Shown here piece after piece: positions 34,956 to 46,393 of a stretch of DNA of 64,000 bases. The translations under genes were made by a program, and so were the position numbers. Position 1 is the stretch's first letter. Each line of letters starts with the position of its first letter. The stretch spans positions 96,001-160,000 of the forward strand of contig CAWHXP010000005.1 in NCBI GenBank assembly GCA_963833425.1, read 5' to 3'. This stretch comes from an uncultured Methanosarcinaceae archaeon (GTDB taxonomy: Archaea; Halobacteriota; Methanosarcinia; Methanosarcinales; Methanosarcinaceae). A model generated the notes under the pieces. It was given only the letters and a program-made list of their open reading frames with translations. It had not been told where the DNA came from and did not search any database.

Positions 34956-37319
34956 TTACATGAGTCTTATCTTCAGTTCCATAGCCTGTTTTTTCCAGTA
35001 TTTTCTGCCTTCTTTACAGCGTCTGTTTACACAGAAATCTTCTTCGTAACTTTTGCCGTCTTCTTTTAACCTGAAGATTATCCAACCACATAATTCACAA
35101 GTTTTGTCAAGAAGATTCAATTTTCCTGTTTTTGGGACGGAATGTGTGTACCCACAACGCTTTGTACATGCCAGGAAACGGTTGTCTTTGAAAGTGATCA
35201 GGAACATCCTTCCGTCACATTCCGGGCACATTCCTACAGTTTCCGGAGGGTGACATTCCTTTTCTAGATCGCATTTAAAACAAGGACCTATGCCTACAGC
35301 CCAGATGTATTTGTTTCCGACCTTCAGAACAGCTGCTCCTTCCTTTTTGCATTCCTTGCTCCTGAGTAGGGTCAAAGCTCCTGTTTTTGGTAAAGGATAA
35401 GCTATTCTACAATCTGGATAACCTGTACAGCCAACAAAGCGTCCTGAATCTGTCTGTATGATCCGTAGCACATGGCCACAAGTCTTACAAGTCCCTATAT
35501 AGTTTTTTTTGTCCTCAAGAGCAGCTGCATCTTTGATAGTGCCCGCTATGCTGAAAGTCAGCTCCCTTTTATTTGCTTCAAGCTGAGTGTACATCTCCCT
35601 GACCAAGGCCGTCCCCTCTTCAAGAGCAGCTTCAAACTTTTTTTTACCATCTTCGACCTCCTGGATCAGAGATTCGATCTTTGCCCTAATCTCTGGCCTA
35701 ACAAGAATAGGGACAGTGAGAAAAAGTCCTTCCATAAGAGTAAAACCAGTATCCAAAATCGAAACAGTTTTTCCATTGGTCTCGAAGTACCCTCGTTTTT
35801 TGTTTGTTTCTATATGAGTTGGAGCTGTTGCCTTTGTTCCTATTCCATGCTTATCCATAAGTGTCAGAAGTTCGGCTTCAGTCAGTTTTTTTGGAGGGCT
35901 AGTCTTGGCCTTCGTATTACTGAGCTTTTTTATTCCAACTTTTTGTCCCTCCTCTACAAAAGGGAGAAGCTTGTCTTTTTTGTTTTCAAAGGGATAGACT
36001 TCAAGCCATCCTGAATTTTTGAGTACTGTTCCTGCTGAGTCAAATAGATCTTCCTGCACGAGCAAGTGTAAGTGGGTCTTCTCAAAAATCGCTGCAAGCA
36101 TGAGATTAGCCAGGAAGTGTCTTGTTATAAGGTCATAGACATCGGGTGCCTGAGGGATGATTATCGCAGAACTTACCTCTCCTCGCGATGCAGCTCTTAT
36201 AGGATGGATTGGAGGGTGGTCATGGGCATCTCTAGTCCCATTTTTCGGGATTATAGGAGCTATAAGGATAGATTCGGCAAAAGGTCTGTATTCATTCAGC
36301 TGCGCAAAATCAAGGACAATGGACTGGAAATCAAAATCATCTGCATATTTATTTGTCTCTGTTCGAGGGTAGCTTGTGAATCCTGCAAGATAAAGCTGTT
36401 CTGCGACCTCAAGAGCAATTTCTGGGCTGATTCCAAGATATTTAGAAGCCCTTTTTAGAAATTCAGTGGTATTTAACGGGTTAGGAGGGCTTGTTTTTGT
36501 TTCTTTTATCGTCTTTTTTGCAATAAGTCCTTCTTTTGTTCCTTTTAGCCTCTTGAAAATCTCAGCAGCTTTTTCTTTTTCGTGAATATTTCCTGCTCTA
36601 TGAATACCTTCGAATTCCCCCTCTTTTGCAGAGAAAATTGCTGTAATTTTCCAGAAGTCCTTTGCCTGAAAGGCCCGAATTGCTTTTTCCCGTTCGTAAA
36701 CAAACCCACAGGTAGGAGTCTGGCAGGGGCCTATTGAAAGGACACCATTTGTCCTTGCCTTTTCTCTGACCGAAAGCGTAACAAAACGAGTAAATGCTGC
36801 ACCCATTTTTAGATCTAAAATCTGCCTGGCTTCTGCAGCCATTGCCATGTTATAATCTGGTTCCATCAAGCTCTCGAAAGCTTTCTTCACCTCTTTTGGA
36901 GAAAGGGCTGAAAAACGTGCCCTTGATATTGGCACATTAGTGACTTCTTCGGCCAGTGATTTGGCTTCGAACCCTATATTTTCCCCTTCTCGATCATAGT
37001 CACAGGCAAGAATGATCTTTTCCGCCTTTTTTGCGAGATTTTTTACTGCAGAGGCATAATTTGCTCTTGTCACGAATTTTACAGGGTCAACTCCAAGGAG
37101 GTCTCCAGGATTGACTTGGTTCCATTTATGATACTGCTCTGGGAAATCATAATTCATAATGTGCCCTGATAGCCCCATTGCCAGCCAATCTGCCCCCTTC
37201 CATTTAAATTCATATACCGGGAGCCCTTCTACTTCAATTTTCTTCGCATCCCCATCGCCTAGTATACTGGCAATTTGGGCTGCAGCCTTATTTTTTTCTG
37301 CAAATGCGACGATTGTCAT
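34956..37319 (-). CDS. topA: Type IA DNA topoisomerase with C-terminal zinc ribbons
   Basis: AEK, TOPRIM DYDREGENI, catalytic SYPRTE, DAHDHPPIHP, GIGTKAT, multiple CxxC. Confidence 0.95.
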   Translation of the reverse strand: MTIVAFAEKNKAAAQIASILGDGDAKKIEVEGLPVYEFKWKGADWLAMGLSGHIMNYDFPEQYHKWNQVNPGDLLGVDPVKFVTRANYASAVKNLAKKAEKIILACDYDREGENIGFEAKSLAEEVTNVPISRARFSALSPKEVKKAFESLMEPDYNMAMAAEARQILDLKMGAAFTRFVTLSVREKARTNGVLSIGPCQTPTCGFVYEREKAIRAFQAKDFWKITAIFSAKEGEFEGIHRAGNIHEKEKAAEIFKRLKGTKEGLIAKKTIKETKTSPPNPLNTTEFLKRASKYLGISPEIALEVAEQLYLAGFTSYPRTETNKYADDFDFQSIVLDFAQLNEYRPFAESILIAPIIPKNGTRDAHDHPPIHPIRAASRGEVSSAIIIPQAPDVYDLITRHFLANLMLAAIFEKTHLHLLVQEDLFDSAGTVLKNSGWLEVYPFENKKDKLLPFVEEGQKVGIKKLSNTKAKTSPPKKLTEAELLTLMDKHGIGTKATAPTHIETNKKRGYFETNGKTVSILDTGFTLMEGLFLTVPILVRPEIRAKIESLIQEVEDGKKKFEAALEEGTALVREMYTQLEANKRELTFSIAGTIKDAAALEDKKNYIGTCKTCGHVLRIIQTDSGRFVGCTGYPDCRIAYPLPKTGALTLLRSKECKKEGAAVLKVGNKYIWAVGIGPCFKCDLEKECHPPETVGMCPECDGRMFLITFKDNRFLACTKRCGYTHSVPKTGKLNLLDKTCELCGWIIFRLKEDGKSYEEDFCVNRRCKEGRKYWKKQAMELKIRLM

Positions 37320-38770
37320 ATGAGTACCTTGGCATTGCTATTGAAAATAGCATTTAGATATGTATAATACGAGGAAATGTGTAAGAAAATTTATGCGAAT
37401 AATGTAAACCAAATAAGAAAACTAATTATCACATAAACCACCTAACTAAGTTATCCTACATATTATAAGTTAATAATGATATGTACGCAAACAGCATAAG
37501 AAAACTAAAATTCAATATAAAATATTTTAAGTCCAAAACTACATTATCTTAGTGGAAATATTCTAATATTGCTTTCTTATATATATATATATTTATTGAA
37601 AATTAGATGTATTTCAAGGAACTTCTATAAATACAGGCATGTGGGGAGCATCGCAGCTTTCTATGAAACCGGAGCTGCGACTAATATTATTTCAGGACTG
37701 CCCTTAGACTTTTAGCGTACTCTTTTACCTACAATAACGATCACAGCTGGATTTTCGGTCTCTTAATTTGTCATTGGTTGAGCAGCAAATCCTGAAAGAG
37801 GGATTTACGGGATTTCTATTGTATCTACAGTAATACTCTCAACCACAGAATTCAAATCACCAATTTTGTAGTCACTTGATTCGCTTCAACGAAGAGAAAG
37901 TAAAACATTATTCTCGAGAAAATTGGATCGTCCGATTCAGCGTGGTATCTTCCAAACCACTTGAGATAGTATTGGCAGTACTCAAAGCTGCTATTGGACA
38001 TCCTGATATGGTCGATTTGTGAAAGCAATCAGGATGCATCGAACTTTGCTGAATTGAAAAGTGCAATCCATAGAGGCCTTAAAATAATTGGATTGAGGGT
38101 GTTCATGAAAACTCGATTACGGTGCGATTTTGCGTAAGGAAACAGGGCTTTATAATCCGAAAGTCGCGCTTTTTGATTGGCAATCCGCGAATCATGAAAA
38201 AAAATGATAAATCAGATTCAAGACGCTGGATCTTGTGTTCTAATCACAATTCTGGTGTATGAGCGGCTAGAAGGCTAGCATTTGTCGTACGACAAGATGA
38301 CTAGTCTTTTGGCTCCATACAGAAACCCCAAAGTTTTCGCGATCTCTAGGGATCTGGACTCAAAAGTCGAGTGCATTTTCGAGAGTCTATGATTTGAAGA
38401 TCCCAGAAAATAGTGAAAGCCTCACACTTTTAAATAAAAAAATTGTTAAATTAGATCAGAAATTTTGATGCCTAATTTGAAATATTTAAAAAAACAAATT
38501 TAGAAGTGTAGCCATTTTTCAACTAGAAAAGTATTTTTAGCCAATACAAAATAGTGAAAAGCCAGATTTTTGTTCATATGTCTATAAAACTCTATTGTCC
38601 AATATTATATAGAATATACTTGTTCTGTCCTGTTAATAGCTCAATAAATATAAAAAGTACATATGCACTTGATGTATAAAATCAAATGAAATTGGCATTG
38701 CGGTCAAATCTTTTTCAAATAAATATAAGTTCAATACAGTTGATTTTTCATTATGTTGCGTAAGACATAA

Positions 38771-39871
38771 TTAATTGATGCTTGTTTTTTCCTTTACTGT
38801 GAACCTCATAGTGAATTCAGTTCCCTTGTTTCTTTTAATCTCTAGTTCCCCATCTAATTGGTCTATAAGAGAAGCTACTAGCTGAAATCCTAGACTTTCA
38901 GTCTCCTCAATCTCAAGGTTTTCAGGTACACCCACTCCGTCATCTGAAACTGCTAGGATGAAACTGGTACTATTATCATTTTTAATTTTGCTTTTTACTC
39001 CGCGATTTGTATATTCCCCTGTTTTTTCACGGCAAAACTTTATTTGAATTTTTCCTTCAGCTCTGTCTGGAAATGCATGTTTTAGGGAATTCGAAGTAAG
39101 TTCATTAACAATCATTCCTAAAGGAATTGCAGTATCAATATCAAAGAAGAGATTTTCTTCCAGATCCGTGTTCAAAAGTATATTGGAATTTACAAATCTA
39201 TAAGTCTGGACAAGATTTTGAGTCAGCATCTCAAGGTATGATGAAAAATCTAGATATTGGGTCTTTCCGCTTTTGTATAATTCCTCATGAATGAGGGCCA
39301 TAGATCTCACTCTATCCTGACTTTCCTTGAAAGCATCTATAACTTCTGAACTCGTGACTCTTATTTTGCTTTTGAATTTATCAGCTTGAAGGTCAAGAAG
39401 TGAAGATATTACCTGTAAGTTATTCTTGATCCTATGGTGAATTTCCTTTTTACGGGCAATCTCAAGGTTTATGAGTACCTCTTCGATCTTTTTGCGCTCA
39501 ATAGAATATTGGATAGAACGTTTCAATAATCTACCATTTATTTGTCCTTTGATTAAATAGTCCTGAGCACTTTTTTTCACAGCATCAATCCCAATTTTCT
39601 CATCATTTGATGCAGTAAAGATTATAATCGGAATTCGTGAATTCCTTGCATGGATATCAAGAAAGGTGTCGATACCATCACTATCCGGCAAGCATAGATC
39701 TGTCAATATTACGTCAAATGGACGCTCTTTAAGAAGACTCAAACCTTCGTTCAGGGTTTCAACGTTTTTAAGATCATAGTGGAAGTCTGAGAATTCTTCA
39801 AGCATATCTTCAATGAGATGTACATCATTAGGATTATCCTCTAAAAGCAAGATTTCAACCTTTTCACCCAT
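38771..39871 (-). CDS. Receiver domain + HisKA_2/HWE-type histidine kinase
   Basis: LLEDN...LTDLCLPDSDG...DYLIK receiver; EIHHRIKNNLQ, NELTSNSLKHAF, DDGVG. Confidence 0.93.
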   Translation of the reverse strand: MGEKVEILLLEDNPNDVHLIEDMLEEFSDFHYDLKNVETLNEGLSLLKERPFDVILTDLCLPDSDGIDTFLDIHARNSRIPIIIFTASNDEKIGIDAVKKSAQDYLIKGQINGRLLKRSIQYSIERKKIEEVLINLEIARKKEIHHRIKNNLQVISSLLDLQADKFKSKIRVTSSEVIDAFKESQDRVRSMALIHEELYKSGKTQYLDFSSYLEMLTQNLVQTYRFVNSNILLNTDLEENLFFDIDTAIPLGMIVNELTSNSLKHAFPDRAEGKIQIKFCREKTGEYTNRGVKSKIKNDNSTSFILAVSDDGVGVPENLEIEETESLGFQLVASLIDQLDGELEIKRNKGTEFTMRFTVKEKTSIN

Positions 39872-40788
39872 AGTTAAACAGTTTCCTATCTGAGTCAAAT
39901 TGATTTAATTTCGATCTAACTTCACAACTACAAGTCAAAAAAATAATGTTCTCATTTATGAGACTTCTTTAATATACAAATTTTAATGAAAATCTGAAAG
40001 TGTTTTTTTATTGTTAAAATTTAATTTTTGAAATTTTGCGAGGTTGATCTGTAAAGTGGAATAAAAAGTTGAACCTTTATCTAGCTCAAATTCTACAACA
40101 TAGTACAATTATCCTGGTATCCATATGTAATGAGTTTGTTACTAATGTCTGAAGAGGATAACCTGCAGTGCTTGCTTAAATGGGACGTGCAGACCATTTA
40201 TTCGGGTGGAGTCTCGGACAAATAGACTTTTAAGTGACTGAAGATATAGGCCTCTACATGGGGTGTGGGTGTGTTCTTCATGCTAGTAAGTGAATGTGAT
40301 TAAGCAATTTGCTGAAATCGAGGATAGGAGGTGATTTTCTACAATTGCTCAGTATGCTCACACATTCAGCAGGTCATATCACATTTCGTAACTCTATAAC
40401 TCTCTACTTTAAATTATTAAGTATGATTGTTCTAAAGTGTAATTACCATATTATACTTATTTTAAATTAATTCTGTGAAAAATAGTTTTTAAGCAAAAAT
40501 TATCCCTTCATAAAATGTTTTAATCTAGAACAACATTTTAATATCGATGATATTTTTATTTTCACCGAAATTTTTCACAAATTCAACCTTGAGCTTTTTC
40601 CCAAAGAAGCAACATAAATCAATTTTATAGGCTCTTCTTTTTCATTAAATTAAGATATTTTGGCTCTTAAAAATCCTTTGAAATTTCCCTCATATAAATA
40701 AATCATACCGAAGAATATAAAAAGAGTTGTTGCGACAACGCTATCATCTTTTCGCTAGGTGCTTAATATATCCTTGAACCTGAAAATT

Positions 40789-41229
40789 TTAACAAGTCAT
40801 TTTATAATAAATCTGCGGATTCTCTTTTACAACAAGCACTGCTTTTCTCGAGTATTTGATCACATTTTTTGCTACACGTCCAATCAAGAATCTCGGGAGT
40901 TCAGTTTTTTCGTGTGTACCCATAAAAATAGAGTTAATGTCGTTTTTCTGCAAAATTGATAATCTAATCTGTAGTGCTTCCTTCAAAAATTGCAGATTCC
41001 ACCTCAAAATTTGCAACTTTTCTGACGTTAAAACATAATTATTGTCACTTAGGTTACTCAAAATTATATAACCACGGGGAAAAAACGGCGAGGCACAGAG
41101 AAATGTTCTCTCAGCCTCATCAATTCTTTTTTTATGCTATTAGTAGTCCAACTTTGCATTTAAGTTTAGTAGATACATTTATGCACTGGCGATAAATCCA
41201 TTTTTGCCCTTTATCGAAAAATTTTCATA
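40789..41229 (-). pseudogene. Universal stress protein pseudogene
   Basis: C-terminal IFMGTHEKTELPRFLIGRVAKNVIKYSRKAVLVVK; 5' part broken. Confidence 0.75.
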
Positions 41230-41281
41230 GGTGAACCCTCAATGGCAGTCTCAAAGGTGCGTAAATGTAGCAAGAACTCTC

Positions 41282-41749
41282 TCAGTAAATCTGCTCCGCC
41301 AGATAGTTTCCAACACCCATCTGTTTGATCTGATCGAGTTGGGCTTCGATCCAGTCGATGTGTTCTTCTTCTTCCTTCAGAATCGACTCTAGAAGTACTT
41401 TTGTGTTATTATCTCCCACCTCAGCCGCCAAATGAATACTTTCATTGTAACCTCGAATCGCCGTTTCTTCGGCTCCGTGGTCATACCCATGAATATTTGG
41501 AACTTCGGCGCCGATGATTATTTTATTTAATGTACTTACAATCGGCTTCCCCTCAAGGAAAAGGATCCTTGCAATCAGCTTCTCCGCGTGCTTCATCTCG
41601 GCGATAGCTCGCTTCTGGATCGTTTCTTCTAGTTGCTTGTAATTCCAGTTTTCGCACATCTCAGCATGGACAATGTACTGGTTGATAGCAGTCAGTTCGT
41701 CGGCCAAACGAGCGTTTAGATGTTCAATAATCTTCTCATTTCCTTTCAT
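41282..41749 (-). CDS. bfr: Bacterioferritin
   Basis: MKG start, ELTAINQYIVH, EMKHAEKLIARILFLEG, EEEHIDW, NYL. Confidence 0.93.
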   Translation of the reverse strand: MKGNEKIIEHLNARLADELTAINQYIVHAEMCENWNYKQLEETIQKRAIAEMKHAEKLIARILFLEGKPIVSTLNKIIIGAEVPNIHGYDHGAEETAIRGYNESIHLAAEVGDNNTKVLLESILKEEEEHIDWIEAQLDQIKQMGVGNYLAEQIY

Positions 41750-41795
41750 AAATAAACTTCCTATCAAATGAAAATCGTATATAAGCTTTCTAAAA

Positions 41796-42257
41796 TTATT
41801 CTATCTGTATTTTTTTTGTTGGCTCTCCTAGCTTCATTTTCGGAAGTGTTATCGTCAGCACACCATTTTCAATTTTTGCAGTACTTCCCTCTTCTTTAAC
41901 ATTGGTAGGTAGGTGAACAACTCGGTAAAATCGGGTATATTCTCTTTCCTTACGAATATATCCTTCTTCTTCGGTTTCTTTTTCCTTCCCGCTCTTTGCA
42001 CTTATTTCAAGCATATCTTCTTTAAGGTTTATTTCGATATCCTCTTTATTTATTCCTGGCAGGTCGGTAGTAACCAATAGTTTGTTTTCTTCGTCCTTGA
42101 TGTCAACGGCAGGAGTAAATACATTTTCTACTCCCCATTTTTTCATAGGCATAAAGTCCTCAAAAAGCATGTTCAGGCGTTCCTGTGTCTTTCTAATCTC
42201 TTCAAAAGGATCCCAGCGTACGGGTCCTGAAGATGTTCTCTTAGCAGGCCAGTTCAT
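41796..42257 (-). CDS. Hsp20/alpha-crystallin small heat-shock protein
   Basis: WDPFEE, PAVDI, DLPGINKEDI, ENGVLTITLPK. Confidence 0.93.
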   Translation of the reverse strand: MNWPAKRTSSGPVRWDPFEEIRKTQERLNMLFEDFMPMKKWGVENVFTPAVDIKDEENKLLVTTDLPGINKEDIEINLKEDMLEISAKSGKEKETEEEGYIRKEREYTRFYRVVHLPTNVKEEGSTAKIENGVLTITLPKMKLGEPTKKIQIE

Positions 42258-42702
42258 TTAAAAGTCTCCTAAAATTAACGTTATTCTCATATAATTAAAA
42301 GTATGAGTTATTGCGAAAATAACTCATCAACGAGATTATTATTTGTGTGTTTTTTTGTTTCTGTCAATTGCATTATTATATCCATTCGATTCCTATTGAT
42401 GCAACTTTCCTTTCTGTTCAAAATAGATAATTTCGTTTGCAATAGATGGTGTCAAAGAGACGTTCTTGACTCCTCTACACCTTTACTCTTGAGTGCGGAA
42501 GAGATTCCCAAATAATGTGATACTAGTAGGAGCTTCAAATAAGGTAATTAAGAAGTGGGAGTAGACTCCAGGAATCTAAAGTATACTCTGCCAGGCGGAG
42601 CCTAGCGTCTTGATTGATATATTCGTAAAAATTTATTCTCAAAACCTGAAGATACTTCCACTATCTAAGTTATCTGCTGTAGCTTTGAAACTTCCGCTTT
42701 GG

Positions 42703-43034
42703 TTATTCTATGGTCATGTATTTATCAATTTGTCTATTCATGGCCAGATCAGTACTGTCATCATCAGTTTCAGTATCTATGTCCATGTTCTTCATGCCCA
42801 TGCTCTTCTCTTTCATGTCCTTCATGCCCATGTTCTTCACGTTCATATTTTTGCTGTGGTGATGGTGCTTGAAGACTTTAGTCTTCAAGTCTTTCAATAT
42901 TATAATAATTGTTTTCTTTCTTTAACAACAACAGGGTGTGCGCTACCTGCTGCAGCTGTCACTGATACTACAAAAAGGACTGTCAGCAAGATAGTCCGTA
43001 TCTTTTTCACTCTGCTAAGCGATTGCTTCAACAT
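42703..43034 (-). pseudogene. Frameshifted small secreted His/Met/Lys-rich protein
   Basis: GGAGTGA RBS, signal peptide MLKQSLSRVKKIRTILLTVLFVVSVTAAAGSA, frame break near 42915, then KHHHHSKNM...MGMKDMK repeats. Confidence 0.6.
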
Positions 43035-44069
43035 TTATTTCACTCCTTTATGGCTAAAATTAGTAATTTTTAGATTTGTGAATTTTGTTTTTGCTAACTA
43101 TTCAAGCTACAAAAAGTTATTTGGTTAATATCTATTCTGTTACATCAACAAATTTTGATGAACTACAATAAACTAAGTTTGTTAGTTATTTTAAATTAAT
43201 TATAAAAAAAATAGTTTCTGAATAAAATATATCTTCCCAGAAGATATTTTAACATCGAACAACAATTTAATATTAACGACGTTTTATTATATTTGGAGAT
43301 TTTCATAAATTTAATTTGAGCTTTCCTAAGTAAGTAATAACAAATTAACATTAGATTATAAAGCTTGATAAAAGTTATTATCAAAACCATATGGATTGAA
43401 TCAAAATTTTAAAATGCATGGTCAGATCTCGGGTCGCGAACAAATTTGATTAATAATTATATCACCCATTTTTAGGAAGCTGTAGTTCTACTGCAAAATG
43501 AAAATCTCATTATTTTTGCTTATTTTTTTCAATAACTAGATTATTCCATAAGTTTGGGAATCTACGAGTTTCTATTATTACATCCAAGTAAATTCAAAAA
43601 ATATTAGAAATATATGGATAAAATCAATAAATTCATTTGATATTCATTTTACTACGATTATTAGGTAAAATATTCGTATCTGAAGCATGAACATTTTAGA
43701 TTATAATCTGGTAAGAAGACAAAGTTTAGTACCAAATTTGCAAATATAAAAGCAAATTGTACTGTCAACGAACATGTGTTCTTAAGTAAAAAATGTATGT
43801 TTTTCTCATACAACACTGTACATAATATGTTTACAATATTCATATACTTGGATATATACAAAATTGAGTGGTTTCTCGATATAAGAATCTATATATCAGT
43901 TTGCTTTCTGTTACTTCACGACAGAAGTATCTTGATCTATCTTTGTGATCATTTATTTTTGTTGAGTTGCACGTACAGTTAGTATTATTGACATATATTG
44001 ACATTTTTTTATTAATATCAACCTGGAAGATATGGCATTACCTCATCAACCTCACTATATGGAGTAACA

Positions 44070-45350
44070 ATGACACTGATGGAAGATGCAAAAAAGGGAA
44101 CCATCACCCCTATAATAGAAGCTGTGGCAAAAGCTGAAGGAATCGATCCAAAAACTGTCCTCTCCTGCGTGGCAAAAGGACTGATAACTATCCCGAAAAA
44201 TAATCTGCGACAAGCCATTCCTATGGGGATTGGTAAATATATGAGTATAAAGATCAATGTCAATGTAGGAACCTCGAGAGACTGTATCGACATTGATGAT
44301 GAAATCGAAAAAGCGAGGGCTGCAGAAGCCTTTGGGGCTCATTCAATAATGGATCTTTCCACAGGTGGGGATCTTGACGAAATCCGCAACCTTATCCTCA
44401 GAGCCGTGAAAATTCCAGTAGGAACGGTTCCAATCTACCAGGCTGCAGCTTCCAGGAAAGTAGTTGTGGAAATGACCTCTGACGATATGTTCAATGCTGT
44501 CAAGAAACATGCTCAACAGGGAGTAGACTTTGTGACCGTACATGCTGGAGTCAACTTAAACTCCTTGGAGCGCCTACGCCAGAGTGACAGGATAATGAAT
44601 GTAGTCAGTCGTGGAGGCTCTTTTACCCTTGCTTGGATGCTACATAATGAGGAAGAAAATCCCTTTTATGCCGAATATGATTATCTCCTTGAGATCGCGA
44701 AAGAATATGATATGACCCTAAGTCTTGGCGATGGCATGCGCCCGGGCTGTATTGCCGATGCTTCCGACCGCCCTAAATTTATGGAATTCATTACACTCGG
44801 AGAGCTCGTAAAGAGAGCAAGGGCTTTCAACGTTCAAACTTTTGTTGAAGGCCCAGGACATGTTCCCATCAATGAAATTGAACTCAGCGTAAGAGGTATG
44901 AAAGAACTTTGCAATAACGCTCCGCTATATCTTCTTGGTCCAATTGTAACTGATATCGCTCCAGGATTCGACCATATCACCGGAGCGATAGGAGGAGCAA
45001 TTGCTGGTATGTACGGCTTAGATTTTCTCTGTATGGTGACCCCATCTGAACATCTTGCTCTTCCGACTCTTGAAGATATTAAAGAGGGACTGCTCGTAAC
45101 AAAGGTTGCAGCCCACGCTATAGATCTTATAAAGGAAGGACCTAATGAGAGAGCTTGGAAAAAGGATATCTCCATGGCCTACGCCAGAATGAATCTAGAC
45201 TGGGAAAAGCAATTCGAACTGGCAATCGATGGGTGCAGAGCCCGTAAAATCCGAGATGTCCGAAAGACGGAAAGTGATGCCTGTTCTATGTGCGGGGATC
45301 TGTGTGCTTTAAAAATTGTAAAGGAAGCCTTAGGTGAAAAGAAGACATAG
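44070..45350 (+). CDS. thiC: ThiC-family radical SAM enzyme (phosphomethylpyrimidine synthase or Bza paralog)
   Basis: [42 protein letters not shown]. Confidence 0.92.
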   Translation: MTLMEDAKKGTITPIIEAVAKAEGIDPKTVLSCVAKGLITIPKNNLRQAIPMGIGKYMSIKINVNVGTSRDCIDIDDEIEKARAAEAFGAHSIMDLSTGGDLDEIRNLILRAVKIPVGTVPIYQAAASRKVVVEMTSDDMFNAVKKHAQQGVDFVTVHAGVNLNSLERLRQSDRIMNVVSRGGSFTLAWMLHNEEENPFYAEYDYLLEIAKEYDMTLSLGDGMRPGCIADASDRPKFMEFITLGELVKRARAFNVQTFVEGPGHVPINEIELSVRGMKELCNNAPLYLLGPIVTDIAPGFDHITGAIGGAIAGMYGLDFLCMVTPSEHLALPTLEDIKEGLLVTKVAAHAIDLIKEGPNERAWKKDISMAYARMNLDWEKQFELAIDGCRARKIRDVRKTESDACSMCGDLCALKIVKEALGEKKT

Positions 45351-46393
45351 AGTGAAGTCTTTATTCACCATTTCACGTTCGTTCCCATTTTTTTCCAATA
45401 ATCTTCAACTTAAATCGTCCCACAAACTGATGCTATTAGTATACTTAAAATAAGGGAACTAATCCTCTCATAAACCACCTAACCTAGTTATTCCATGTAT
45501 TATGTGGATATAACCTTGAAATATCAAGATAACCGATAGACTCAAAGGTAATGATGAACTCCAACGGGCTAGATGATTAATTGTCTTACCTAAAGAAATC
45601 CCTTATAAAATTGAGATATCATTTTTAACAAAAATGCCTTCAGTAAATCAATTATAGATGAACTTTTCAGATGCTAGAATAGAATGAGCTTCGTTTTTCA
45701 TATATTTTTTTTGTACAAATTTGTGACAAGGTTGAAGATATGAACAAAGTTCTCTATGACATATTCGGAAATAAATAGAAATCCAAAAATTACATGTTAA
45801 TTTAAATGCAGCAACATCACATTTTTCTGATATTACTCAAATTTTAAGGGATAAAAATTACATTATTGTCTTTTTATAGAAACTTTGCTTTTTTATTTGA
45901 TATAATAGGGCAGTAGCAACGAAAAATAAGTTTTTGAACATATAAAACATAAGACTTGATGACTATCCTTGACTATTTGAATCCCAAAATCTATTTGAGT
46001 AGCGGAATTGTCCCAAAATCAATTTTGTATTCGTGATCGAAATCATATTTAAGCTTTCCAGGGCAATTCACTGATCAGTTTTATAACGATTTTTAAAAAC
46101 CAAAATTAATACAACCTTCCTGCCTAAGATAATCATGAAGTCAATAGAAAAAAAGTAAAATGAAAAGTACTTTCATTTGTCAGTGCTTGCTATTTGAAGA
46201 ATTTCATGTTCATTTTATACAATATAATCCTTATTTCGTAGCATTTAACCAGTGAAACTGATCAAAGTACTAAAAGATTTCAAAAATCGGAATCATGATG
46301 CTCATTAAAAATCTATTTTATGTTTCGTTATGCACCTCAAGTGCACAGTTCTATTTAATATTTTTTATAGGATGATGCATCTATGGGATTAGT

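Noticed and set aside
42610..43128. 172-aa plus-strand ORF with HVLHAH repeats
   Set aside because: Antisense shadow of the minus-strand repeat gene, which has the RBS and signal peptide
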